A stretch of 64,000 nt of DNA from Gemmatimonadota bacterium (GTDB lineage Bacteria > Gemmatimonadota > Gemmatimonadetes > Gemmatimonadales > GWC2-71-9). The notes below the pieces were generated by a model, which saw only the letters and a list, made by a program, of their open reading frames with translations, searched no databases and was not told the DNA's origin. How positions within the stretch are numbered: the stretch's first letter is position 1; every line of letters starts with the position of its first letter. The stretch spans positions 85,823 to 149,822 of the forward strand of contig JBGQKD010000002.1 in the NCBI GenBank assembly GCA_041499375.1. The letters are read 5' to 3'. A program made the translations under genes and the position numbers. This document shows, piece by piece, positions 1 through 9,235 of this stretch.

Positions 1-1
1 C

Positions 2-103
2 TGGGACATTCTCCCCGGCAACACCTACACCTATCTCGTCTACGCGCTCAAGGACGGCGGGCGGTCCGATGCATCGAACGAGGCCACGTCGTACGGTCAA
101 TGA
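2..103 (+). CDS. 3' end of a fibronectin type III domain protein (partial, window edge)
   Basis: Frame reads WDILPGNTYTYLVYALKDGGRSDASNEATSYGQ*, an FN3 C-terminal pattern (PG..Y.Y.V.A....G.S..SN); TGA at 101-103. Confidence 0.6.
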   Translation, partial: WDILPGNTYTYLVYALKDGGRSDASNEATSYGQ

Positions 104-119
104 ACCCGACGGAGGATCC

Positions 120-1082
120 ATGATCACTGCAACCCGCATTCTCGCTTCGCTGGCGCCGCTCGCCGTCTGCGTCGCGTGCGGCAGGGAGGCCGACCGGGCC
201 ATGTCTCCGCTCCTAGCCGATCGCTTCGCCAGCTCCGAATGGTCCGACCCGGTGAATCTCGGTCCCGTGGTGAACTCGAGCGCCCTCGACGCCAACGCCG
301 GCCTCTCGTCCGACGCGCATACGCTCTTCTTCGTCTCGACACGCACCGGCGGTCTCGGCAACCTCGATATCTGGATGTCACATCGCCGCTGTCTGGCGTG
401 CGATTGGGAAGTCCCCGTGAATCTCGGTGCGCCGATCAACAGCGACGCGATGGACGCCGCACCGACGATGTCTGAAGACGGGCGCCTCCTGTTCTTCTAT
501 AGTGCGCGCGCTGGTGGTTTCGGCCTCAGCGACGTTTACCTCTCCCATCGCGTGAGCACCGGCGCGGACGGGGACGTCTGGGGCCCTCCGGTGAACCTCG
601 GACCGGATGTGAATACGGCGGCCAACGAGCAGGGCTCGTTTTACGTGCATGAGCCAGGAGAGCCGAACGCCTTCGTGTACTTTAATCGCCCGACCGCCGG
701 CGGCAGCATCGACGTCTATCGAGTCGCGGTGTCGAATGACGGCGACGCGCTCGGCCCTGCGGTCCTCGTCCCGGAGTTGAGCGACCCGACCACGTTCGAC
801 CAAAAAGTGGCGGTGAGCGCGGACGGTCACGAGCTGCTGCTGTCCTCGATGCGGGTGGGAGGCTTCGGCAACTTCGACATCTGGCGCTTCACCCGCCAGT
901 CCGCCCAAGACCCCTGGTCGAATCCAAATCATTTGGACGCGCCGATCAACGGTCCGGACGTCGATTCGCAACCGGTGCTCTCCCGCGACGGGCGCACACT
1001 GATCTTCACGTCAATTCGGACGGGCGGCCTTGGCTTGCAGGATCTCTGGATGACGACGCGACGGCCGGGGGTGCAGCCATGA
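120..1082 (+). CDS. PD40/TolB-like beta-propeller lipoprotein
   Basis: GGAGG at 111-115 before ATG 120; lipobox-like VCVAC; repeated W..PVNLG..VN....D..P.LS.DG..L.F.S.R.GG.G..D(I/L)W motifs. Confidence 0.85.
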   Translation: MITATRILASLAPLAVCVACGREADRAMSPLLADRFASSEWSDPVNLGPVVNSSALDANAGLSSDAHTLFFVSTRTGGLGNLDIWMSHRRCLACDWEVPVNLGAPINSDAMDAAPTMSEDGRLLFFYSARAGGFGLSDVYLSHRVSTGADGDVWGPPVNLGPDVNTAANEQGSFYVHEPGEPNAFVYFNRPTAGGSIDVYRVAVSNDGDALGPAVLVPELSDPTTFDQKVAVSADGHELLLSSMRVGGFGNFDIWRFTRQSAQDPWSNPNHLDAPINGPDVDSQPVLSRDGRTLIFTSIRTGGLGLQDLWMTTRRPGVQP

Positions 1083-2041
1083 CGACGACTTCGCGGACAC
1101 TCGGTGCGGTGGCTTCCATCGCATTGCTCCTCGGATGCGGACCGGAGTCCGATGAGGGGATCACAGGGAACCTCGTCGCGAATCAGACGTCGCACTTCTC
1201 ATCCTGGTCCGAGCCGGCAAACCTGGGCTCGATCATCAACACGACGTTCAACGAGCAGGGTCCAACGCTCTCGAACGACGAGCTGAGCCTCTACTTCGGA
1301 TCTGACCGGCCGGGCGGAATCGGCGGGTTTGACATTTGGATCTCTCAGCGCGACTGCAAGGAATGCGCATGGGAAACTCCGCAAAACCTCGGACCAGCTG
1401 TCAACACGACCTCTGACGAAACTGGCCCCGGACTATCGATCGATGGGCATCTGCTCTTCTTCCGAAGCACTCGGCCAGGCGGGGCGGGCCTCGGGGACGT
1501 CTTCCTGTCGAAACGTGACAACCCGAAGGACAACTTCGGCTGGGATGTCCCTGTTGCCCTCGGTCCGGACGTCAACACCGCGGCGGCCGAGGCGGGTGCG
1601 GAGTTCTTGCAGAGCGCCGAGGATGGCGCCGCGAACCTCTACTTCAATCGAGCGCCCGCAGGCGGGACCGCAGATCTTTACGCTGCCGCGATTACGCGCG
1701 GTGGTGAAACGCGTGGACCCGCCGTGCTGATTTCCGAGCTCAGTGACCCGATCGCCACCGATCAAGGTCCAACGTTGCGTTCGGATGGCAGGGAGGTGTT
1801 CTTCTTCTCAACCCGACCCGGTGGGATCGGCGGAGCGGATCTTTGGACGTCCACACGGCGCAGCGTTCACGATCCGTGGACGCCACCGGTGAACCTGGGC
1901 GCTCCGCTGAACTCCACGGCGGCTGAACAGCAACCGAGTCTCTCGGGTGGGGGCCGGACACTGCTGTTTGCCTCGAGTCGCTCCGGCGGATTCGGCGGTA
2001 CGGACATCTGGATCTCCACCCGCCAGACGGGCTCGAACTAG
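1079..2041 (+). CDS. PD40/TolB-like beta-propeller lipoprotein (paralog of upstream gene)
   Basis: ATGA overlap with upstream stop; lipobox LLLGC; same PD40 repeat motifs. Confidence 0.85.
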   Translation: MTTTSRTLGAVASIALLLGCGPESDEGITGNLVANQTSHFSSWSEPANLGSIINTTFNEQGPTLSNDELSLYFGSDRPGGIGGFDIWISQRDCKECAWETPQNLGPAVNTTSDETGPGLSIDGHLLFFRSTRPGGAGLGDVFLSKRDNPKDNFGWDVPVALGPDVNTAAAEAGAEFLQSAEDGAANLYFNRAPAGGTADLYAAAITRGGETRGPAVLISELSDPIATDQGPTLRSDGREVFFFSTRPGGIGGADLWTSTRRSVHDPWTPPVNLGAPLNSTAAEQQPSLSGGGRTLLFASSRSGGFGGTDIWISTRQTGSN

Positions 2042-2094
2042 CGTTGCGCGTGCGTTGCTTACCCTTCACGTTGGTCACCAAGAGAGGGGTTGCT

Positions 2095-5000
2095 GTGCGC
2101 GCTGAGGGCACGCTCCGCCGCCGGATCTTTGCGATCGCATGGGCGACCATTTTCGCCGCCTGCTCCGACAACGTCGGCCCCAACCCGCCGCCGCCGCCGC
2201 CGCCGCCACCGCCGCCGCCAAGCCTGATCGTCTCAAACCCGCTCCAGGCTAGCGCCTCGGCTACCGCAGGCACGTTCAGCGCGTCTCGCTCTGCCGCGTC
2301 GCCCGCGGCCGCCGACAGCATCGTGTACGTCTCGCTGACGCCGGGCACAGCGTCAGGCGGCAGCAGTGCCACAATCCACCGCGTCGGTAGCGCCGATAGC
2401 GCCGACTTCCTGACCACCGCGGTTCTCGACGGCGGCTTCGACCCCTTACCGATCAACGCCAACGTCGGCGACTCGATCGAGGTCGTGGTGACCGATCAGC
2501 ATGGTGCTGTTGTTGGGCAGCCATTGGGACTGAGAGTTTCGGCCAGACGGCCGCCCGTTGTCGTGCGGACCGAGCCACCGCCGCGCAAGCGCGACGTGCC
2601 TCTCAATACCGCCATCGTCGTCGTCTTCAGTGAGCCGGTCGCCGGTGCCAGCCTGAGCACCGCATCCTTGCAGCTCCGGGCAGGGCAGTCTGCCGTTAGT
2701 GGTACTGTGCGATTCGTAGACCCGACGCTGGACGCCACGCATGTCACCGCCGAGTTCGTGCCTGACGCTCCATTGAGCGCCAACACCGAGTACTCGCTCG
2801 TCGTGACGCAACAGGTGCGAGACCTCGATGGCGACGCGTTGGCGGCGCGAGACACGGCGACATTCACCACGGGGACAGTTTCGACTGGCGCTCCGGCCTC
2901 GGTCGAGATTTCGCCCTATGACTCGGTCATGAGAGCGGGAACGAGCCGGCAGTTGCGGGCGACGGTGCGGGACGCGGACGGGAACACGCTGACTAATCGC
3001 GCAGTTGCGTGGTCCAGCAGTGATCCAGCGTCTATCTCGGTCTCCTCGACTGGCCTGTTGACGTCGGTCGGGGTCGGGTCTGCGTTGGTTACCGCGCGTG
3101 TCGATCCTTCAGTCGCTGGGGTTTTTCACATACAATCTGTCCCCGGCCCTGCGACCTCCATCACGATGGTCCCCACGACGGCGACTGTCGCTGCGGGGGA
3201 CACTGTCCGTCTGACGGCGACAGCACACGATGCCAGGGGCTTCCCGGCCTATGTGGGCTGGTCAAGTAGCGCAGCCGACATCGCCACGTTTGGCTCCGGG
3301 GGGGAAATAGTTATCCCCGTCGGGCAAGGAAGTGCAACCATGACTGTACCGGTTATCGGCGTCAGGCAAGGGAGTGCAACCATAACTGCAGCGAGCACCT
3401 CTGCGAAAGCCACCGCCGTGGTCACGGTCACGCCTGCGGTGCCCGTGAGGTCAGTGAACGTCACGCCCGCGGTGGATACGCTGGTGCTTCTCGACGTTCC
3501 CAATGTTCAGCTCACGGCGACCGTCCGAGATTCGACCGATCGTCTGATCGGACGCCAGGTCATATGGACCAGCGACAATGCCGCGGTGGCGAGGGTAGAT
3601 GCGAATGGGCTCGTAACCGCGGCGGGCTCTGGTAAAGCGACGATCGCGGCCATCAGCCAAGGTGTGAGCGGACACGCGGACGTGACGGTTCTTCCCACTC
3701 CACCGGTCGCATCGGTAACAATCGCTCCCGAATCGGCGACGGTGATCGTCCTGGACCTGCCGTACGTTCGCCTGACAGCGACTCTTCGAGATTCGGTGGG
3801 TCGCACGATCGTACGCCCGATAACCTGGTCCAGCGACAATGGGGCGGTTGCGATGGTGGATGGAAACGGACTCGTAACAGCGGTAAGCCCGGGACGTGTC
3901 ACAATCAGCGCCACCAGCGAAGTAGTGAGCGATACTGCGACGGTAACGGTCCTTCCACCTGCACCGGTCGCTTCGGTGAGGATCGGTCCCGACTCTGCGC
4001 GCCTGGTTACTCAGGGCACCCAGCAGTTGACTGTGACGATCCGCGATGCTTCTGGACGGACTCTCACCGGTCGCTCGGTCGCCTGGACCAGCGACAATGG
4101 TGTGGTGGCAAGCGTCGACGCGAATGGCCTGGTGACGGGACTCAGGCCGGGGACGGCGTCGGTAACGGCGACCAGCGAAGGCGTGAGCGACACTGCCGCC
4201 ATCACCGTGATCGTGGTCGAATTCGCATCGGTCAGCGCGGGTGACTTCGCATTCACATGTGGCCTCACAACGAGCGGAGATGCGTACTGCTGGGGATACA
4301 ACTACCACGGGGAGCTTGGCGTTGACACGAACAACGACGTCCAAACAGCCCCAGCAGCGGTCCGCGGTGGGATCAAGTTCACCGCTCTGACTAGCGGCAG
4401 TGGGCGCTATTTTGACAATCAGCCGGCCGCTTGCGGGCTGACCGCCGGCGGAGCGGTATACTGCTGGGGACCGAATCTTGAACCTGTTGCCGGCGGTGTC
4501 ACGTTCACATCGCTGAACGCGGGCAAGTACCACACGTGCGGGGTCACGAGCAGCGGCGCCGCCTATTGCTGGGGCGCCAATTATGCCGGCCAGCTGGGCA
4601 ACGGCGAGACGAGCACTACGCCTGTGGCTGTGCCCGTGCCCGTAAGCGGAGGCTTAACGTTTGCAGCAGTGAGCGTCGGCGAATCCCACACCTGCGGCCT
4701 CACCATTCAAGGAGCTGCTTACTGCTGGGGCAATAACGACGCCTGGCAGCTTGGCAACGGTACGAGGACCGCCAGCGCAGTCCCCGGTGCGGTCGCGGGT
4801 GGACTCAAGTTCACCGGGCTTGATGCCGGCGGTTTTCATACCTGCGCAGTGGCTACCGGTGGCACCATTTACTGTTGGGGGCACAACGGCGCCGCGCTTG
4901 GCAACGGCACTACCAACGAGAATGTCGTCCCAAGGCCCGTGGTTGGGGGCAGCACCTACACGTCTGTGAACAGTGGTGGGAGCGTTTCTTGTGGCATTAC

Positions 5001-5289
5001 CAGTGGTGGTCGGGCCGATTGCTGGGGCTCAAACGCCCGCGGCCAACTCGGAACGGGAACGTCTACGGGACCGCAACAGTGTTTCGGTTTGCCATGCAGC
5101 ACGACGCCAGTGCCTGTTGCTGGTAACCTCACCTTCTCGCTGTTGACCGCAGGCGGTGAGCATACGTGCGGTCGCACATCAAGTGGTGTGGTGTATTGTT
5201 GGGGTAACAATCAATATGGTCAGGTTGGCAACGGGACGACGGCGGAAAGCGTACCGATACCGGTGAAGGTCTTGGGCCAGCAGCCGTAG
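2095..5289 (+). CDS. Lipoprotein with Ig-like (Big_5, Big_2) domains and C-terminal RCC1-repeat propeller
   Basis: In-frame GTG 2095 after AGAGGGG; lipobox IFAAC; poly-Pro linker; VFSEPV Big_5 motif; W.S.D..VA.VD..GLVT Big_2 repeats; HTCG.T..G.AYCWG.N..GQLG RCC1 repeats. Confidence 0.85.
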   Translation: MRAEGTLRRRIFAIAWATIFAACSDNVGPNPPPPPPPPPPPPSLIVSNPLQASASATAGTFSASRSAASPAAADSIVYVSLTPGTASGGSSATIHRVGSADSADFLTTAVLDGGFDPLPINANVGDSIEVVVTDQHGAVVGQPLGLRVSARRPPVVVRTEPPPRKRDVPLNTAIVVVFSEPVAGASLSTASLQLRAGQSAVSGTVRFVDPTLDATHVTAEFVPDAPLSANTEYSLVVTQQVRDLDGDALAARDTATFTTGTVSTGAPASVEISPYDSVMRAGTSRQLRATVRDADGNTLTNRAVAWSSSDPASISVSSTGLLTSVGVGSALVTARVDPSVAGVFHIQSVPGPATSITMVPTTATVAAGDTVRLTATAHDARGFPAYVGWSSSAADIATFGSGGEIVIPVGQGSATMTVPVIGVRQGSATITAASTSAKATAVVTVTPAVPVRSVNVTPAVDTLVLLDVPNVQLTATVRDSTDRLIGRQVIWTSDNAAVARVDANGLVTAAGSGKATIAAISQGVSGHADVTVLPTPPVASVTIAPESATVIVLDLPYVRLTATLRDSVGRTIVRPITWSSDNGAVAMVDGNGLVTAVSPGRVTISATSEVVSDTATVTVLPPAPVASVRIGPDSARLVTQGTQQLTVTIRDASGRTLTGRSVAWTSDNGVVASVDANGLVTGLRPGTASVTATSEGVSDTAAITVIVVEFASVSAGDFAFTCGLTTSGDAYCWGYNYHGELGVDTNNDVQTAPAAVRGGIKFTALTSGSGRYFDNQPAACGLTAGGAVYCWGPNLEPVAGGVTFTSLNAGKYHTCGVTSSGAAYCWGANYAGQLGNGETSTTPVAVPVPVSGGLTFAAVSVGESHTCGLTIQGAAYCWGNNDAWQLGNGTRTASAVPGAVAGGLKFTGLDAGGFHTCAVATGGTIYCWGHNGAALGNGTTNENVVPRPVVGGSTYTSVNSGGSVSCGITSGGRADCWGSNARGQLGTGTSTGPQQCFGLPCSTTPVPVAGNLTFSLLTAGGEHTCGRTSSGVVYCWGNNQYGQVGNGTTAESVPIPVKVLGQQP

Positions 5290-5452
5290 CGAAGTTGTGC
5301 TTTGCCGGATTGCGTATTGAGTGTTGTCGAATCCGCTTTTCTTTTAGCGATCCGGCGTCGATTCCCGTCTGATTCTACTCTGAGCAACCCATCCCCAACC
5401 GTCCGTCTCAAGCTCACGTCCATTAGCGTCAGAGTCCTCGCGGGGAGGGTTC

Positions 5453-6433
5453 ATGTGGAGCATCCGCTTCAAATGGGTCGTCACCTGTATCCTGACAGTC
5501 GCGTCCTTCGCCTGCGACCACGTTCAGCCGGTCGCGCCCACTCTGGATGTTCGGGCTTCCAACGCACCGGGCGCGACGGTGAACGCGCCATCGAATCTCA
5601 CCGCCATCGCGGGCTCAATGAGCCGTATCGACCTCTCATGGCAGGACAATTCGTCCAACGAGAGCGGGTTCGAAGTGCACCGCTCCACGACCGGGGCGAG
5701 CGGCGCCTTCACCTTGCGCGCTAGCCTCGCGGCGAACACCTCGGCATACAGCGACACCGGACTCACAGCCAGTACCCAGTACTGCTACAAAGCGCGCGCC
5801 TTTCAGACGAAGGGGGCCAACAAGTCCTTCTCGGCCTTCTCAGCCCCCGCGTGTACCACCACACCGGCGCCCCCCCCGCCGCCTCCGCCACCCGGCCCAC
5901 CGAGCGCGCCTTCAGCAGCAGCCGCAAGGCCGTACGGCTTCGGTGAGGTCCTGGTGACCTGGACCATCAATGGCACCAACGAAGATGGTTTTCGCGTCGA
6001 GCGATCCGCCGATAGCGGTTCGACCTGGACAACTCTGGCAACGACGGGTCCTACGTTCGAAGACATCGCGCCGGATCCAGTTGAGGAGCCGGTGTGTTAT
6101 CGCGTGATCGCGTTCAATGGCTACGGGGAGTCCGCACCCTCCAACACAGCATGTGCCGTGGTGCTTGCAGCTCCGACCAATGTCACCATGGTCGGAGACG
6201 ACCTAACGTGGGCCGACAACTCCTCGGTGGAATCGGGCTACGAACTCTGGTTCATGGATGTCGACGGCGGACCAGCCTACGACGGACTCGCCGGCAACTA
6301 CCCAGCAAACACGACCAGGCTTCCGGGTCTCGGTCCGTGCATGGTGAGCTGGTGCTGGGGCTGGGTGGTGATGGCGGTTTCGAGCGACGGCGGACGCTCC
6401 TGGTATGCCGCAGTCCAAACGCGCTCCCCATGA
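5453..6433 (+). CDS. Fibronectin type III domain lipoprotein
   Basis: GGAGG RBS; lipobox SFAC; APSNLTA..LSWQDNSSNESGF..YCYKARA FN3 motifs repeated; poly-Pro linker. Confidence 0.85.
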   Translation: MWSIRFKWVVTCILTVASFACDHVQPVAPTLDVRASNAPGATVNAPSNLTAIAGSMSRIDLSWQDNSSNESGFEVHRSTTGASGAFTLRASLAANTSAYSDTGLTASTQYCYKARAFQTKGANKSFSAFSAPACTTTPAPPPPPPPPGPPSAPSAAAARPYGFGEVLVTWTINGTNEDGFRVERSADSGSTWTTLATTGPTFEDIAPDPVEEPVCYRVIAFNGYGESAPSNTACAVVLAAPTNVTMVGDDLTWADNSSVESGYELWFMDVDGGPAYDGLAGNYPANTTRLPGLGPCMVSWCWGWVVMAVSSDGGRSWYAAVQTRSP

Positions 6434-6441
6434 GGTGCCCC

Positions 6442-7920
6442 ATGTATCGCAAACAATCGACGGTCTTTGCATTAGTCATAGTGGCCGCATTGGCCCTGGG
6501 CGCTTGCCAGGAGCGAGCGGCGCCGACGGACGTAAGCGGTCAGCAAATGCTCGCCTCCAACGCGGCGTCCCTCGAATCATCCGGCCGCTATGTCGTGGTC
6601 TTCTCAGCGGAGCGTGTCCCCGCCGACTTCGGGGCACGCGTCGCGCAGCTGGGCGGCTCGATCGAGAACGCGCTCGACAGCATCGGGGTCGTCACGGTGA
6701 CCGGGCTGCCGGAGGCCGCCGCCGCCGAGCTGTCGGCCACAGCCGACGTCCGAGCCGTGGAGTCCGATGCGATCACTACTCCGCAGGGTGGGGAAGCGGC
6801 TGAGGACCTGCCTGAACAGGCCGCGAACGAGATCGTCGCAGTGGCGGATGCGATCGCGTCGCCTACGGCCGCCCAGTTCTACCCGCGCCAGTGGAACCTG
6901 CGGGCCGTCTTCGCGCCCGAAGCGTGGGCGACCGGCCACCTTGGCTCGCGCGACGTCAAGGTTGCGATCCTCGACACCGGCATCGACTATCTACATCCGG
7001 ACCTCCTTGGGCTCGTCGATCTCGAGCATTCGAAGTCGTTCGTTCCCGAGGACGTCATGCCGGCGCGCTACGCCGATCGCCTGCCGTTCAGCGACTTGTT
7101 TTGGCACGGCACGGCCGTAGCCTCCGTCGTCGCGAGTAATGCCAAGGTGCTCGCCGGACTGAACCAGTTCGTCACGCTCCTCGCAGTGAAGGTCGCCGAC
7201 TCCACGAACAACCATACCGTCGGCCGGCTGATCAGCGGAATCGTGTACGCTGCCGACCAAGGTGCCGACGTGATCAACGTCAGTAGAGGGAGCGAGCGCC
7301 ACAAGAGCCAGAGCCCGGGCACGATCGCAGCCTTCGAGCGCGCGGTGAACTACGCGTTCCGCAAGGGCGCCCTCCTCACCTCTGTGCCTTTCAATGACGC
7401 GGCCGATCTCGATCACGATGGTGATCGCGTTCGGTTTCCGTGCGAGGCCGCCAACGCGCTCTGCGTGGCGGCGACCGGGCCCACCGGCGCCAGTGGGGTG
7501 AATGGACCGTGGGAGAACGTGGATGCGCCGGCGCCGTACAGCGCCTTCGGCCGCTCCGCGGTCGACGTTGCGGCACCGGGCGGTACCGGCGATGTCGGCC
7601 AGTTTCGCCGATTCTGGGGGCTGTGCACGACGACCCCGACGATGAGCACCGTGCCACCGGCCTGCCGGCCCCCGGCAGCCGGCGGATTCTGCCGTCCAGC
7701 GGTCAGCCCGTGCATAGTACAGGGCGCGGGCACGAGCTTCGCCGCGCCCACCGTCGCGGGGCTCGCGGCACTGCTCGTTGCGCAGTTGGGCCATGGGAGG
7801 CCAGCGCTGATCCGCGAGCGGATTTTGCAGTCTGCGGACGACCTTGGTCAGCCCGGGACCGATCCTTACTACGGCAAGGGGCGCATCAACATCGCGCGGG
7901 CGCTCGGGCTGATCAACTAA
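6442..7920 (+). CDS. S8 (subtilisin-like) serine peptidase lipoprotein
   Basis: GAGGT then ATG 6442; lipobox LGAC; catalytic triad ILDTG, HGT, GTSFAAP; C-terminal D.YYG.GRIN. Confidence 0.9.
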   Translation: MYRKQSTVFALVIVAALALGACQERAAPTDVSGQQMLASNAASLESSGRYVVVFSAERVPADFGARVAQLGGSIENALDSIGVVTVTGLPEAAAAELSATADVRAVESDAITTPQGGEAAEDLPEQAANEIVAVADAIASPTAAQFYPRQWNLRAVFAPEAWATGHLGSRDVKVAILDTGIDYLHPDLLGLVDLEHSKSFVPEDVMPARYADRLPFSDLFWHGTAVASVVASNAKVLAGLNQFVTLLAVKVADSTNNHTVGRLISGIVYAADQGADVINVSRGSERHKSQSPGTIAAFERAVNYAFRKGALLTSVPFNDAADLDHDGDRVRFPCEAANALCVAATGPTGASGVNGPWENVDAPAPYSAFGRSAVDVAAPGGTGDVGQFRRFWGLCTTTPTMSTVPPACRPPAAGGFCRPAVSPCIVQGAGTSFAAPTVAGLAALLVAQLGHGRPALIRERILQSADDLGQPGTDPYYGKGRINIARALGLIN

Positions 7921-9023
7921 GGTCGGGTTTTCCGCCGCCGCGCCCGCGTCTTGGGCGCGGCGAGTTTCCAGAACTGCTGCTCTCCGATGATGGTGATCCG
8001 GTGTCCCAGCGCCGCCAGGCGCCGGATCTCCATCAGCTTCGTACCAGCATCCTTGCCGGCGATCTGCAGCTGGTTGGGCCGCCCGCGTACGAGCACGTCG
8101 GTCGTCAATCCGGGCTTCGATTGGATGATCGCGCCAGCCTTGCGGGCCGCGGTTATCGCGTCACTCCGGGGACGGCGCAGGAACCCGGTGATGGACAGTC
8201 GCTTTCCCGCGAGACTCGCGACGCGACCCACCGCCAGCTCCTTCGGGCGATGACGCAGCGCCGCGATAAGCTCGCCGGCCGCCTCGTAGCGTCTGCCGCG
8301 GCTCCCGAGACAGCGGTGAATGACTTCCTTCAAGTGGTCGCTGCAGGGCAGGCCGCGGACGTCGCGACTGCGCATCGGACTCGAGATGTCTCCGCGCAGC
8401 AGCATCGCGGCGAGCTGGCCGACCTGATAGATGTCGTCGCGCTGCTGCCATCTCCGAATCCAGCCCCACGCGATCTCCGTCGGCGCGTTGAGCGGGTTGA
8501 AAGCGTCGGCGGTGACACCGTGGCGATTGCGTTGGTGCCGGGCGATGCCGAAGTCGCCGAGCTTGAGCTGTTCCTTCTCGCACACGAACACATTGAAGGG
8601 TGTGAGATCGCGATGCAGCGCCTGCCCGCGATGCAGCGTGTCGAGCGCGCCGAGCAGCGCGGCGATCTCGCGGCGGACGAAGCGCTCGGGCTGCGGGCCA
8701 CGCTGCTTGAGCCAGGCGCCCACGTCGCCGTGTTGCGCGTACTCCATAACTATGCAGTAGCGCATGGCGTCCCCGTCGACCTCGGCGAACCGATCAAACA
8801 CCCGCAGCGCGCGCGGCTCCCGCTCGAGGAGCTCGGCGAAGTACGCCTCGCGGAGCCAGGCGGTGAGACGGTGGCTGATCTTGATGCAGACCTGCGGCGG
8901 CAGCGTGCCCTGAGGCGTCGCGGTCGCCAGGTAGACCTCGCCGAATCCGCCCTGGCCGATCAGGCGGTCCAGCCGGTAGGTGCGGCCACTCTCCGAGCTG
9001 CGAGCCTCGGCTCTCTTTGCCAT
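7917..9023 (-). CDS. Hanks-type Ser/Thr protein kinase with C-terminal BRCT domain
   Basis: GQGGFG loop, VCIK, HRDLTPFN, DFG, APTE, DDIYQVG; C-terminal LAGKRLSITG..AG....TDVLVRG..GTKL..ITIIGEQQF resembling ligase-type BRCT; alternative TTG start at 9047. Confidence 0.8.
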   Translation of the reverse strand: MAKRAEARSSESGRTYRLDRLIGQGGFGEVYLATATPQGTLPPQVCIKISHRLTAWLREAYFAELLEREPRALRVFDRFAEVDGDAMRYCIVMEYAQHGDVGAWLKQRGPQPERFVRREIAALLGALDTLHRGQALHRDLTPFNVFVCEKEQLKLGDFGIARHQRNRHGVTADAFNPLNAPTEIAWGWIRRWQQRDDIYQVGQLAAMLLRGDISSPMRSRDVRGLPCSDHLKEVIHRCLGSRGRRYEAAGELIAALRHRPKELAVGRVASLAGKRLSITGFLRRPRSDAITAARKAGAIIQSKPGLTTDVLVRGRPNQLQIAGKDAGTKLMEIRRLAALGHRITIIGEQQFWKLAAPKTRARRRKTRP

Positions 9024-9107
9024 GCGATCTACTTGCCGCTCATCCAAGCGGCCGTCAAGCTAACCGCAGCCGCCAGAGCCTTTTTCACCTGGCGGGCGAG
9101 TGCACAC

Positions 9108-9227
9108 GACATCTGGTCGTTCACGCGCCAAGGCATCCACGATCCCCGGTCGGCGCCCACCCACCTCGACGATCCGCTCAACACGCCGGACGTCGATTCG
9201 CAGCCGAGCCTGTCGGTCGAGGCGCGC
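9108..9227 (+). pseudogene. Relic fragment of a PD40 propeller gene
   Basis: Translates DIWSFTRQGIHDPRSAPTHLDDPLNTPDVDSQPSLSVEAR, collinear with DIWRFTRQSAQDPWSNPNHLDAPINGPDVDSQPVLSRDGR at 876-995; no start or remainder of gene. Confidence 0.75.
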
Positions 9228-9235
9228 AGTCGGGG

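Noticed and set aside
2185-2220. (CCG)n tract as a regulatory or mobile repeat
   Set aside because: It encodes a poly-Pro linker after the lipoprotein Cys; similar linkers occur at about 5870-5900 and 52050-52100.
4220-5289. Diversity-generating retroelement target in the RCC1 region
   Set aside because: No reverse transcriptase and no template/variable repeat pair differing at adenines were seen.
5304-5356. Inverted repeat GCCGGATTGC / GCGATCCGGC as an ncRNA or terminator
   Set aside because: Only a 10-bp stem with a long loop, no U-tract after it, and no recognisable RNA family.
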